Assembly: GCF_963921235.1 (NCBI RefSeq)
Contig: NC_086098.1
Span: 930,001-994,000, forward strand
Source of the DNA: Mobula hypostoma
Lineage: Eukaryota
Direction of reading: 5' to 3'
DNA length: 64,000 nucleotides
The notes beneath the pieces are model-generated. The model worked only from the letters and a program-made list of their open reading frames with translations. It was not told the DNA's origin and searched no databases. This document shows positions 13,281 through 26,689 of this stretch, piece by piece. Both the position numbers and the translations under genes were made by a program. Each line of letters starts with the position of its first letter. Position 1 is the stretch's first letter.

Positions 13281-15734
13281 ACTTGCCCACCACTGAAGTC
13301 ATACTCACTGGTCTATAATTTCCTTGGTTATCTTCACTCCCTTTCTTGAACAAGGGAACAACATTTGCTACCCTCTAATCCTCTGGTACTTGTCCTGTCT
13401 GTACTGATGATCCAAAGTTCATTGCAAGAGGCTCAGCAATCTTCTCCATCGCCTCCCACAGTAGCCTGGCATATATCTCATCCCGTCCCTGTGACTTCTC
13501 TAACTTAATGCTTTTCAAAAGTTTCAGCGCATCCTCTTTCTTAATGTCTATATGCTCAAACGTTTCAGTCTGCTGTAAGTCATCCCCACAATTGCCAAGG
13601 TCTGCTTCCCTGGTAAATACTGAAGCAAATTATTCATTAAGTACCCCCGCTACCTCCTCCAACTCCATGCACACATTTCCACTTTCGCGCCTTATTGGTC
13701 CTATTCTCACACGGCTCATCCTCTTGATCTTCACGTACTTGTAAAATGCCTTAGGGTTTTCCTTAATCCTACTCACCAAGACCTTCTCATGACCTCTTCT
13801 GGCTCTCTTAATTCCATTCTTAAACTCCTTTTCCTAGCAACCTTGTAATATTCTGGAGCTCTAACAGTACCTAGTTTCTTGAACCTTTCATAAGCTTTTC
13901 TTCACTGGATTTTCTACATACTTTGTACACCATGGCTCTTTAACTCTACCATCCTTTCCCTTCCTCAATGGAACATACCTTTTCAGAACTCCATGCAAAT
14001 GTTCTCGGAACATTTGCCACATTTCTGCCATGCATTTCCCTGAGAACATCTGCTCCCAATTTATGTTCCCAAGTTCCTGCCTGACAGCATCGTATTTCCC
14101 CCTACCACAATTAAAGATTTTCCCAAATTGTCTGTCCTAACCCTCTCCAGCGCTATGGTGAAGGAGATAGATTTGTGGTCACTACCTCCAAAATGCTCTC
14201 CCACCGAGAAATCTGATACCTGACCTGGTACATTTCCCAATTCCAGATCACGTACAGCCTCTCCTCTAGCTGGCATATCTACATATTGCATCAGGAAACC
14301 CTCCTGAATACACCAAACAAACTCTACCCCATCTAAATCCCTTGCACTAAGGAGATGCCAATCAATATTCATCATCATTATCAGGTGCCATGCCCAGTTT
14401 GAGCTTTGACTGCCATGGCCCACACACTCCCGTTTCGGGTCAAGTGGTTCAATTCATTGGTATTCATTTCCAGTTCTCTGACTGCTGTCTCCATCATCAT
14501 TTGTCTTTGTCTTCCTCTTGCTTTCTTCCCTTCAATCTTTCCCATAATTACCGTGCATTCTAACTCCTCTTTCCTAATCACATGTCCAATGAAGTTATTT
14601 ATTGCCTTTTCATGATCTCATACATTATTTCTCTTTTTGTGTTTGCTCTGTTCATGATATCCTCATTAAATATTCGTTTCATCCATGATATTCTTTGCAT
14701 CCTCCTCAAAAACCACATCTCTGCTGCTACAATTCATTTCCTCATGTTACTAGATATTGTCCAACATTCTGAGCCATATAACATAACTGGATAAACATAA
14801 CATTTCAGTACTCTGAGGTGGGTTGTCATGCCTAGTTCAGTATTGGTCAGTGTACTCTTCATTCTCGTAAAGGTGTCTTTTGCTATCCCTATTCTTCTTT
14901 CGATGTCCAAGTTGCACTTGCCATCTGATGTCACCCAGCTTTTTAAGTAGCAAAAGTTCTTCACTTGTTTTGTCTTCCCCATTTATTCTCAGCCTGCAGA
15001 TAGGATTCTCCTTCTTTTTGGATATCACCATACATTTTGTCTTTTTGCAATTGATAGATAGACCCATTTTTGCACTTTCTTCAACAATTATATCAATTAA
15101 GTTTTGTAGTTCTTCCTCCGTACTTGCAATTAATGGTGTCATCTGCATATCTGAAATTATTGATGTTTTCACTGCCAACTTTGATTCCCAAGATGTCTCT
15201 TATTTTTTGTAATATTGTTTCACTGTACACATTAAATAAATCAGGGGAGAAAACACATCCTTGTCTAACACCTCTCTTGATTTTCGTAAACTGATTCACT
15301 TCTCCATCTATTCTTACAGCGGCAGTTTGTTCCCAGTACAGATTTCTAATTAGGCGGAGGTCTTTCGAATATAGATCTAGAGTTTTCTGTAATATTACAA
15401 ATAACTTATTATGCTTCACTTTATCAAATGCTTTTGTGTAGTCGATAAAACAAACAAATCTTTTTGCACTCGAATAGCTCGTTCTGATAGTATCCTTAGC
15501 ATCAATATTGCGTTTCTTGTACCTTCGTCTTTCACAAAACCACATTGTTCTTTGCCTATTTCAGCTTGTTTCTTTCTTTTAGTTGCTGTCATCACAATTC
15601 TTAGAAATATCGTAGTGATATGACTCATTAAACTTTGTTCCTATGTAATTCACATTCTATTGCTCCAGCTTTCTTAGGAAGAGTGATAAATACTGATTTT
15701 TTTCATCTATTCTGGTAGTATTCCAGTCTCATAA

Positions 15735-16369
15735 TAACTTATGGAGAAGAGGGGTCATAAGCCGTGTCTTCCCTCTCTCATTATGGGCAATGTGAGATCA
15801 CTGGGTAATAAACTGGATGAGCTGACAGCGTTAGCCAGGAGTCAGAGAACATTTCGGGAGAACAATATTATGTGTTTCACTGAAACGTGGCTGCACGAGG
15901 ACATACCCAACCAAAACATTTCCATGGAGGGCTTCCAGACCATTTGGGCTGACCGGAAGTGCACTGAGAGCGGTAAGCGTAAAGGAGGGGGGCTTGCTGT
16001 TCTGGTTAACAACGGAAGGTGCAATCCTGGTCATATTACGATCGAGGAACGTGTTTGTAGCCCGGATATTGAACTTTTTGCTGTTGGACTCTGGCCATAT
16101 TCCACCGAGATGCAACACTGGGTGCCATGGGAGGTTGTTCCTGCCTGTGGCCATCGAACTTTGAGGCTCCTCCTGTGGAGGGTCAGACACCCTGAGCCAA
16201 TAGGCTGGTCCTGGACTTATTTCCATCTAGCATAGTTTGCATATTGTTATTTGATTGTTTGTGGTTTTTGTATTGCTATATTTATGCTCTATTCTTGGTT
16301 GGTGCAGCTGTAATGAAACCCAGTTTCCCTCGGGATCAATAAAGAATGTCTATGTCTATGTCTATGTCT
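15735..16369 (+). mobile_element. Rex1/Babar-like LINE internal-deletion derivative nested in the RTE
   Basis: Endonuclease N-terminus (LPSLIMGNVRSLGNKLDEL...CFTETWL) joined at ~16101 to a 3' end with tttccctcgggatcaataaag plus (TGTCTA)n. Flanked by ataa/ataa. Confidence 0.7.
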
Positions 16370-17194
16370 ATAAATGTCATTGATTAAATCAGTAAGTTTT
16401 TCAATTCCATAATCTTCAAGGGCAATAATTTGTTCTATTACTAATTCATCAGAACCTGCTGCCTTTCCTTTCTTCATCTTATTTATTGCATTACAAACTT
16501 CAGATTTTAAATACTTGGACCTTCAATGTTTTTCTTATTTTCTGTTTTTTTTTGCCTCGGTTGTCTTCAAACAATTCCTGAATATACTCAGTCCATCTGT
16601 TCATAATCTCATCTTTTTCCATGATAATGGTACCGTCCTTTGCTTTCAAACATCCACCTGAAGAACAGAGGAGCTTTTTACCAGTGATATTCTTGATTTG
16701 TTGATGTAACCTTTTTGGATCAGTAATAAGGATTCTTTCTATTTGCTCACATTCCTGGTTTAACCATTCTTCTTTGGCTTTTTGACATAAGCTTTTAACT
16801 TCCTTATCTAAGGATTTATATTCTAAAGGATTTGCTTTCTTTCATCTCCTTTCTTCTATTAGATTCTTGATTTCATCTGTCATCCATTTATTCTTTGTGC
16901 ATTTTTTCTTTTTTAGGAATCACTGATTTTGCTGATTCTACCAAGGCATCTTTCAGAGAGTTAAATTTCATTTCTACATGATTGCTATCATCTTCAACAG
17001 ATTCTATTTCTAGACTTTGAAATCTATTCCTTACTTCAATTGTAAATTCTTGTCTTAAGTTTTCTTCTTTAATTAATTGCCAGTAGTCAAGGGATTGTTC
17101 AGGTTTATACCTCTACAGTTTTTTTAAGTTTTACTTTTACATAACATACTACTGGGTTATGGTCACTATTGCAGTCTACACCATGATATGTTTT

Positions 17195-17777
17195 AAACAT
17201 AGAAACATAGAAAATAGGTGCAGGAGTAGGCCATTCGGCCCTTCGCGCGTGCACCGCCATTCAATATGATCATGGCTGATAGAACAATGTTGTGCCGATC
17301 CTCAAACCCTGCCTCCCACATAACCCCCCACCTTAAATTCCTCCATATACCTGTCTAGTAGCCTCTTAAACTTCACGAGTGTATCTGCCTCCACCAACTC
17401 AGAACCCTGTATCGGCCTTCTCTCCATACCCCCTGATCCCTTTAGCCACAAGGGCCATATCTAACTCCCTCTTAAATACAGCCAATGAACTGGCCTCAAC
17501 TGTTCCCTGTGGCAGAGAATTCCACAGATTCACCACTCTCTGTGTGAAGAAGTTTTTCCTCATCTTGGTCCTAAAAGGCTTCCCCTTTATTCTTAAACTG
17601 TGACCCCTCGTTCTGGACTTCCCCAACATCGGGAACAATCTTCCTGCGTCTAGCCTGTCCAATCCCTTTAGAATTTTATACGTTTCAATAAGATCCCCTC
17701 AATCTTCTAAATTCCAGCAAGTATAAGCCTAGTTGATCCAGTCTTTCATCATATGAAAGTCCTGCCATCCCAGGAAT
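17195..17777 (-). mobile_element. CR1 3' fragment nested in the RTE, itself carrying a 115-bp CR1 piece (17281-17395)
   Basis: ORF 17399..17662 matches 11529..11912. Tail aaacatagaaacatag. The inner piece matches the 3' end of the 4930-5787 subfamily. Confidence 0.85.
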
Positions 17778-19196
17778 TGCAATGAGTCATTGAGTTTCTA
17801 AATCTTTGGTTTATAGTAATAAAGTCAATATTAGGAAAGTTAAGATCTCCCATCACAACAACCCTATTATTATTACACCATTCCAGAATCTGCCTCCCTA
17901 TCTGCTCTTCAATATCCTGTTACTATTTTGGGGGGGGGTCTGTAAAAACACTCAGTAGAGTTATTGCCCCTTTCCTTTTCTGACTTCCACCCACACTGAC
18001 TCAGTAAACCATCCCTCCATGACTTCCTCCTTTACTGCAGTAATAACACTATCCCTAATTAGCAATGCCATGCCCCCACCTCTTTTACCTCCCTCTCTGT
18101 TCTTCTTGAAGCATCTAAAACCCAGCAGCATCAGCAGTCATTCCTGCTCCTGAGACATCCAAGTCTCTGTAATGGCCACAATGTCTCAGTTGTACGTATT
18201 GATCCGCACTCCAAATCATCCGCCTTGTTTACGATACTCCTTGCATTAAAATAGACTCATCTTAAACCATCAGGCTGAGTGCTACCACCTTTACTACCTC
18301 AGTGGTCCTGTTTCTCGGCTTCCTTCCTAACTCCCTGTATTCCACTTTCAGGACCTCTACCCTTTCTCTACTGATGTCGTTGGTACCGATATGTACCACG
18401 ACCTGTGTCTGTTCACACTCCCACTTCAGGATATTGCGGATGCGTTCAAAAACATCTCGAACCCTGGCACCTGCGAGGCAACTACCATCCTTGTTTCTTT
18501 TTCGCACCCACAGAATCGTCTATCTGTCCCCCTAACTATAGAGTCTGCTGCCCTCCTTTTCCATTCCCTACCCTTCGGAGCCACAGGGCCAGACTCAGTG
18601 CCAGAGGCACGGCTACTGTTACTTCCCCCAGGTAAGTCCCCCGCCCCATCAGCACTCAATATGGAGTACTTATTGTTGAGGGGGATAGCCACAGGGGTGC
18701 TCTCCACTACCTGACGTGCTCCCTTCCTTATCCTGACGTTCACCCGCTTATCTGTCTCCCGTGGCCCCGCAGTGACTACCTGCCTATAGTTCCTGTCTAT
18801 CACCTCCTCACTCTCCTAACAAGCCGAAGGTCATCAAGCTGAGCTCTAGATCCTCAGCACAGACTCTAAGGAGCTGCTGCTCAGTGCACCTGGCACAGAT
18901 GTGGTCACCGTGGAGGCAGGGAGTCTCCTGGACATCCCACATCTGACACTCAGATCAGAAAACTGGCCTCGCAGTCATAACCAATATTCTAATGTGCCGA
19001 GCCCCGCGAGACACTCCTTTTTTAAACTCTTCTCCCTGACCTGTGCAAAGCGCTTTCTCTCTTTGAATCAATTGGTCTGCTACTAATGCGAATAAAGCTG
19101 GAGGAAGTCAGATTTCAATTCCTCGAGCTGGTTGAATATGATGGATATCAAGAAAAGAACGGTAACTTTTCCATCCAGAGTAAAGGACCAGCCATG

Positions 19197-19314
19197 TGTG
19201 ATGCACTATCAATTACTCCAAAAGACTGGAAGTAGAGTAAATACTGAAAGGCTTTTATCATCAGTAAATGGTCCAACGTCCATGCTGTGTCTGTCCTGGA
19301 CTGAGGGAGGAGCA
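19197..19314 (-). repeat. Gypsy 3' LTR (short, probably internally deleted)
   Basis: On the minus strand it starts TG immediately after the polypurine tract aaaaaggaggggtgaa (19315-19330) and ends ...gtgcatcaCA. Confidence 0.6.
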
Positions 19315-21914
19315 TTCACCCCTCCTTTTTAAAAAGAGTCCCGCGGGGTGAAGTGACTGACAATATTTAAAACAAGTATATTTACAGGTTAAGTCTATCA
19401 GGCGGTCGAGTCCGTCGCTGTGATCTACGTGGCACCGGCGACAGTGGTTGTGCTGGCTCCGGCCTGACCTGAGGTGTCAGTAATCCCTCGTGCGTGTGCA
19501 CCGCGCCTGGTATGGGAGTGTCGTGTGGTGACTGTGTAGGGCTTGGAGTGTGCGGTGTCTCGTGGGTACATATATCGGTGGGTACAGGGTCAATAGTCAC
19601 CACGGAGTGTTCAGGGTAGGGGCCCGGTGCTCCTGCGGGCGCCAGGTCACGGATGGAGACCGTGTCCTCCCGCCCATCAGGTAAAACCATGTAGGCATAC
19701 TAGGGGTTCGCATGAAGTAAGTGAAACCTCTCGACCATCGGGGAGTATTTATTGCTCCTCGCATGTTTCTGGAGCAGCACTGGCCCTGGGGACATCAGCC
19801 AAGTTGGTAGGGTGGTCCCAGTGGTCAACTTCCTGGGAAAAGAAATTATCGCTCATGAGGGGTGGCATTGGTGGCTGTGCATAACAGGGAGCGGATGGAG
19901 TGGAGTGCCTCGGGAAGGACCTCCTGCCAGCGGGAGACCGGCAGTCCCTTTGACCTGAGGGCTAAGAGTGTGGCTTTCCACACCGTGCCATTCTCCTTTT
20001 CTACCTGTCCATTCCCCCGGGGATTATAGCTCGTGGTCCTACTGGTTGCAATTCCCCAAGCCAGTAGGATTGGCGCAGCTCGTCACTCATAAACGAGGAC
20101 CCTCTGTCACTGTGGATATAGCATGGGTATCCGAACAGAGTGAAGGGCTTGTGCAGGGCTTTTATAACTGACATGATAGTGGTATCGGGACAGGGGATGG
20201 CGAAGGGGAACTGCGAGTACTCGTCGATAACAGTAAGAAAGTACACATTGTAGTCGGTAGAGGGAAGGGGGCACTTAAAGTCAACACTCAGTCGCTCAAA
20301 GGGGCGGGTGGCCTTGGTTAGTTGTGCCTTTTCGGGTCGGTAGAAGTGCGGTTTGCACTCTGCGCAGACTTGGCAGTCCCTTATCATCGTCCTGATCTCC
20401 TCAAGGGAGTAAGGCAGGTTCCGGGCTTTCACGAAGTGGAAAAGCCGGGTGACTCCCGGGTGGCAAAGGTCTACATGTAGGGCATATAGCCGGTCGATCT
20501 GCGCGCTGGCGCACGTTCCCTGGGATAGGGCATCAGAGGGCTCGTTGAGCTTCCCAGGCCTGTACATGATGTCACAGTTGAAGATGGAGAGTTTGATTCT
20601 CCACCTCAGAATTTTATCATTTTTGATTTTGCTCCGCTGCTGATTATTAAACATGAATGCGACTGAGCGCTGGTCAGTTAGCAGGGTGAACTTTTTGCCG
20701 GCAAGATAGTGCCTCCAGTGCCTTATAGCTTCCACTATGGCCTGGGCCTCTTTCTCTACCGCAGAGTGCTGAATTTCAGGGCCTTGAAGAGTACGGGAGA
20801 AGAACGTCGGTGGTCTTCCCGCCTGGTTGAGGGTAGCAGCCAGTGCAAAGTCAGAGGCGTCACTCTCCACTTGGAAGGGAATGGCCTTGTCCACCACATG
20901 CATTGCTGCTTTGGCAGTGTCTCCTTTAATGCGGCTGAAGGCCACGCGGGCCTCGGCTGAGAGGGGAAATGTGGTGGACTTGACCAGGGGGCGGGCCTTG
21001 CCTGCGTAGTTAGAGGCCCATTGGGCGTAATATGAAAAGAAGCCCAGGCACCTTTTGAGGGCTCTGCGGGTGTTGGGAAGAGGGAGTTCCAACAAGGGGC
21101 GCATACGGTCGGGGTCAGGGCCAATGACTCCATTCTCCACGACACACCCAAGGATAGTAAGTCGGGTGGTCCCGAATACACACTTGGCCTTGTTATAGGT
21201 GAGATTGAAAACTTTGGCCACTTGGAAAAATTTTCAGAGGTGGTTGTCGTGATCATGCCAGTCGTGACCGCAGATGGTGATGTTATCCAGATATGGGGAC
21301 ATGGCCTTCAGTTGGCACTGGTCCACCTTTCGGTCCATTTCCCTCTGGAAGCCATATACACCATTCGTGATACCGAAGGGGACGCGCAGGAAGTGATAAA
21401 GCCTGCCGTCCGCCTCGAAGGCGGTGTAAGGGCGGTCCTCCCGGCGGATGGGGAGCTGATGGTAAGCGGGTTTTAGGTCTATGGTCGAGTACACCTTGTA
21501 CTGTGCTATCTGATTGACCATAACCGCGATGCGGGGTAGAGGGTACATGTCGAGCTGCGTGAACCTATTAATGGTCTGGCTATAATCCACGACCATCCTA
21601 TTCTTCTCCCCGTTCCGAACAACAACCACCTGGGCCCTCCAAGGACTTGTGCTTGCCTCAATGACCCCCTCCCTGAGCAGCCGCTGCACCTCCGACTTAA
21701 TGAAGGCTCTGTCCCCGGCACTGTACGTCCTGGTTTTAGTTGCCACAGGTTTACAGTCGGGTGTCAGGTTGGCAAACAGCGGTGGGGGAGGGATCTTGAG
21801 GGTGGAGAGGCCACAAGTGGTGCCCGCAGTGCGACCGTTGGCATGGTGTTGGGTGGGATGTGCGGGTCAATGTGTGTGTGTGGTTAGTAGCAGGGTATGT
21901 GATGTACTCCTACA

Positions 21915-24900
21915 AATATCCTTGCAGGTAGGTTTGCCAGCATGGTTCGGGAGGGTTTAAATTAATTTGCAAGGGGGATGGGACCCAGAGCGATAGAGCA
22001 GTGAAAGAAGTGCATGGAGTAAAGCCAGATCTAACATACAGAGAGGCTTTGAGGAAAGAGAAGCAGAATAAACGGTGTAAAGACAGTAAGGTAGAAGGGC
22101 TGAAATGTGTGTACCTCAATGCAAGAAGCATCAGGAGCAAAGGTGATGAACTGAGAGCTTGGATACATACATGGAATTATGATGTAGTGGCCATTACAGA
22201 GACTTGGCTGGCACCAGAGCAGGAATGGATTCTCAATATTCCTGGATTTCAGTGCTTTAAAAGGGATAAAGAGGGCAGAAAAAGGGGAGGAGGGGTGGCA
22301 TTACTGGTCAGGGATACTATTACAGCTACGGAAAGGGTGGGTAATGTAGCAGGATCCTCTTTTGAGTCAGTATGGGTTGAAGTCAGGAACAGGAAGGGAG
22401 CATTGGGAGTATTCTATAGGCCCCCTGGTAGTAGCAGAGATACAGAGGAGCAGATTGGGAGGCAGATTTTAGAAAGGTGCAAAAATAATAGGGTTGTTAT
22501 CATGGGTGACTTTAACTTCCCTAATATTGATTGGCACCTGATTAGTTCCAAGGGTTTAGATGGGGCAGAATTTGTTAAGTGTGTCCAGGATGGATTCCTG
22601 TCACAGTATGTGGACAGGCCGACCAGGGGGAATGCCATACTAGATCTAGTACTAGGTAATGAACTGGATCAGGTCACAGATCTCTCAGTGGGTGAGCATC
22701 TGAGGGAGAGTGACCACCGCTCCCTGGCGTTCAGCATTATAGTGGAAAAGGATAGAATCAGAGAGGACAGGAAAATTTTTAATTGGGGAAAGGCAAATTA
22801 TGAGGCTATAAGGCTAGAACTTGCGGGTGTGAATTGGGATGATGTTTTTGCAGGGAAATGTACTATGGACATGTGGTCGATGTTTAGAGATCTCTTGCGG
22901 GATGTTAGGGATAAATTCGTCCCGGTGAGGAAGATAAAGAATGGTAGGGTGAAGGAACCATGGGTGACAAGTGAGGTGGAAAATCTAGTCAGGTGGAAGA
23001 AGGCAGCATACATGAGGTTTAGGAAGTAAGGTCTATTGAGGAATATAAGGAAGCAAGAAAGGAGCTTAAGAAGGGGCTGAGAAGAGCAAGAAGGGGGCAC
23101 GAGAAGGCCTTGGTGAGTAGGGTAAAGGAAAACACCAAGGACTTCTTCAATTATGTGAAGATAAAAGGATGACAGGAGTGAAGGTAGGACCGATTAGAGA
23201 TAAAGGTGGGAAGATGTGCCTGGAGGCTGTGGAAGTGAGCGAAGTCCTCAATGAATACTTCTCTTCGGTATTTACCAATGAGAGGGAACTTGATGATGGT
23301 GAGGACAATATGAGTGAGGTTGATGTTCTGGAGCATGTTGATATGAAGGGAGAGGAGGTGTTGGAGTTGTTAAAATACATTAGGACAGATAAGTCCCCGG
23401 GGCCTGACGGAATATTCCCCAGGCTGCTCCACGAGGTGAGAGAAGAGATTGCTGAGCCTCTGGCTAGGATCTTTATGTCCCCGTTGTCCACGGGAATGGT
23501 ACAGGAGGATTGGAGGGAGGCGAATGTTGTCCCCTTGTTCAAAAAAGGTAGTAGGGATAGTCCAGGTAATTATAGACCTGTGAGCCTTATGTCTGTGGTG
23601 GGAAAGCTGTTGGAAAAGATTCTTAGAGATAGGATCTATAGGCATTTAGAGAATCATGGTCTGATCAGGGACAGTCAGCATGGCTTTGTAAAGGGCAGAT
23701 CGTGTCTAACAAGCCTGATAGAGTTCTTTGAGGAGGTGACCAGGCATATAGATGAGGGTAGTGCACTGGATGTGATCTATATGGATTTTAGTAAGGCATT
23801 TGACAAGGTTACACACGGCAGGCTTATTCAGAAAGTTAGAAGGCATGGGATCTAGGGAAGTTTGGCCAGGTGGATTCAGAATTGGCTTGCCTGCAGAAGG
23901 CAGAGGGTGGTGGTGGAGGGAGTAGATTCAGATTGGAGGATTGTGACTAGTGGTGTCCCACAAGGATCTGTTCTGGGACCTGTACGTTTCGTGATTTTTA
24001 TTAACAACCTGGATGTGCTTTGTGCGTGGTAGGTCATGTTTGACCAATCTATTGGAGTTTTTCGAGGAGGTTACCAGCAAAGTGGATGAAGGGAAGGCAG
24101 TGGATATTGTCTACATGGACTTCAGTAAGGCCTTTGACAAGGTCCCGCATGGGAGGTTAGTTAGGAAAATTCAGTCGCTAGGTATACATGGAGAGGAGGT
24201 AAATTGGAACAGACATTGGCTCGATGGAAGAAGCCAGAGAGTGGTGGTAGAGAATTGCTTCTCTGAGTGAAGGCCTGTGACTAGTGGTGTGCCACAGGGA
24301 TCAGTGCTGGGTCCATTGTTATTTGTCATCTATATCAATGATCTGGATGATAATGTGGTAAATTGGATCAGCAAATTTGCTGATGATACAAAGATTGGAG
24401 GTGTAGTAGACAGTGAGGAAGGTTTTCAGAGCCTGCACAGGGACTTGGACCAGCTGGAAAAATGGGCTGAAAAATGGCAGATGGAGTTTAATACTGACAA
24501 GTGTGAGGTATTGCACTTAGCAAGGACAAACCAACGTAGAACATACAGGGTTAATGGTAAGGCACTGAATAGTGCAGTGGAACAGAGGGATCTGGGTACA
24601 AATACAAAATTCCCTAAAAGTGTCGTCACAGGTAGATAGGGTCGTAAAGAGAGCTTTTGGTACATTGGCCTTTATTAATTGAAGTATTGAGTATAAGAGC
24701 TGGAATGTTATGATGAGGTTGTATAAGGCATTGGTGAGGCCGAATCTGGAGTATTGTGTTCAGTTTTGGTCACCAAATTACTGGAAGGATATAAATAAGG
24801 TTGAAAGAGTGCAGAGAAGGTTTACAAGGATGTTGCCGGGACTTGAGAAACTCAGTTACAGAGAAAGGTTGAATAGGTTAGGAGTTTATTCCCTGGAGCG

Positions 24901-26212
24901 TAGAAGAATGAGGGGAGATTTGATAGAGGTATATAAAATTATGATGGGTATAGATAGAGTGAATGCAAGCAGGCTTTTTCCACTGAGGCAAGGGGAGAAA
25001 AAAACCAGAGGACATGGGTTAAGGGTGAGGGGCGAAAAGTTTAAAGGGAACATTAGGGGGGGCTTCTGCACACAGAGAGTGATGGGAGTATGGAATGAGC
25101 TGCCAGTCGAGGTGGTAAATGTGGGTTCTTTTTTAACATTTAAGAATAAATTGGACAGATACATGGATGGGAGGTGTATGGAGGGATATGATCAGTGTGC
25201 AGGTCAGTGGGACTAGGCAGAAAATGGTTCGGCACAGCCAAGAAGGGCCAAAGGGCCTGGTTCTGTGCAGTAGTTTCTATGGTTCTATGGTTCTATGTGG
25301 GGGTAGAAGGGTGGGTTGGCAAGTCTGCAGACGACACAAAGGTTGGTGGTGTTGTAGATAGTGTAGAGGATTGTCAAAGATTGCAGAGAGACATTGATAG
25401 GATGCAGAAGTGGGCTGAGAAGTGGCAGATGGAGTTCAACCTGGAGAAGTGTGAGGTGTATAATTTGGAAGGACAAACTCCAAGGCAGAGTACAAAGTAA
25501 TTGACAGGATACTTGGTAGTGTGGAGGAGCAGAGTGATCTGGGGGTACATGTCCACAGGTCCCTGAAAGTTGCCTCACAGGTGGATAGGTTAGTTAAGAA
25601 AGCTTATGGGGTGTTAGCTTTCATAAGTCGAGGGATAGAGTTTAAGAGTCGCGATGTGGTGATGCAGCTCTATAAAACTCTGGTTAGGCCACACTTGGAG
25701 TACTGTGTCCAGTTCTGGTCACCTCACTATAGGAAGGATGTGGAAGCATTGGAAAGGGTACAGAGGAGATTTACCAGGATGCTGCCTGGTTTAGACAGCA
25801 TGCATTATGATCAGAGATTAAGGGAGCTCGAGCTTTACTCTTTGGAGAGAAGGAGGATGAGAGGAGACATGATAGAGGTGTACAAGATAAAAGAGGAATA
25901 GATAGAGTTGGAAACCAGCGCCTCTTCCCCAGGACACCACTGCTCAATACAAGAGGACATGACTTTAAGGTAAGGGGTGGGAATTTCAAGGGGGATATTA
26001 AAGGAAGGTTTTTTACTCAGAGAGTTGTTGGTGTGTGGAATGCACTGCCTGAGTCGGTGGTGGAGGCAGATGCACTAGTGAAGTTTAAGAGACTACTAGA
26101 CAGGTATATGGAGGAATTTAAGGTGGGGGATTATATGGGAGGCAGGGTTTGAGGGTCGGCATAACATAGTGGGCCAAAGGGCCTGCACTGTGTTGTACTA
26201 TTCTATGTTCTA
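21915..26212 (+). mobile_element. CR1 LINE (ORF1 end + ORF2 with stops; TTCTATG tail) inserted in Gypsy pol
   Basis: Endonuclease ORF 22001..23029 (YLNARS, ITETW, GDFN, SDH) and RT ORFs 23169..23855 and 25521..25901. Gypsy rejoins as tcctacaaa|actgagg. Confidence 0.92.
24017..25292 (+). mobile_element. 5'-truncated CR1 (TTCTATGG tail) nested in a CR1
   Basis: Second set of RT motifs and tail ttctatggttctatggttct. Duplicated target atgtg at both ends. Near-identical to the 49912-51170 region. Confidence 0.9.
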
Positions 26213-26689
26213 AAACTGAGGATTTCCGACAATGATTGGTGGGAGGGGCCCGTCATACTCCATTGTCACGCTTTTCAGGTGGCACTGGAAGTCGAGCCCC
26301 AATAGTACGGGGGCACACAGTTGAGGCATGATCAGTAATGTAAAGTTTCGATATTCTGTGCGCTGCACCACTGGCGCTTCTACACCACCCCCCCCCCGGA
26401 TCCCCGGATGCCTGTTGTATGCGACCCAGGAGCCATGGCGATACCGGCCATATCACGAGTCTGCAATGCTGCACCGTGTCCGGGTGGATAAAACTCTCCG
26501 TGCTGCCTATGTCAAACAGGCAGCTTGTCCTGTGCCCTTCCACCAGGATGTCCATCATTGACCTTGCGAGCTGGTGGGGAGTGCTTTGGTCGAGGGTCAC
26601 GGAGGCCAGAGTTGAGTCACTGTCTTGGTCCGGTGTGGTGGGGTGCCTCGTGAGCACCCGTGGGTTGTAGGCGGTGCGAGGTGGTGCCG

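Larger units (their letters stand above)
14370..17824 (-). mobile_element. RTE-clade LINE, 5'-truncated and degenerate, 8-bp TSD tcaatatt
   Basis: (TGA)n tail at 14370. RT motifs FIDYTKAFDKV, GVRQGCVFSPDLFN and RYADD; C-terminal GKIEGKKARGR; endonuclease DCNSDHNP near 17155-17185. TSD at 14362-14369 and 17825-17832. Confidence 0.88.
1262..19075 (-). mobile_element. Host CR1 LINE, near full length, split into 5 collinear pieces (1262-2180, 4168-4494, 7355-7424, 13281-14369, 17825-~19075)
   Basis: 3' (TTCTATG)n tail at 1262 and RT C-terminus in ORF 1430..1975. Pieces rejoin across the inserts (aagccat|ctgac, ctccaac|aacttgccc, TSD tcaatatt). The endonuclease and ORF1 esterase (VVVHIGTNDI, ORF 18262..18507) are in the last piece. 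Confidence 0.8.

Noticed and set aside
20001..21746. Domesticated Gypsy-derived gene
   Set aside because: Catalytic YLDD reads YLDN, there are frameshifts and stops, a CR1 separates protease from RT, and gag is missing.
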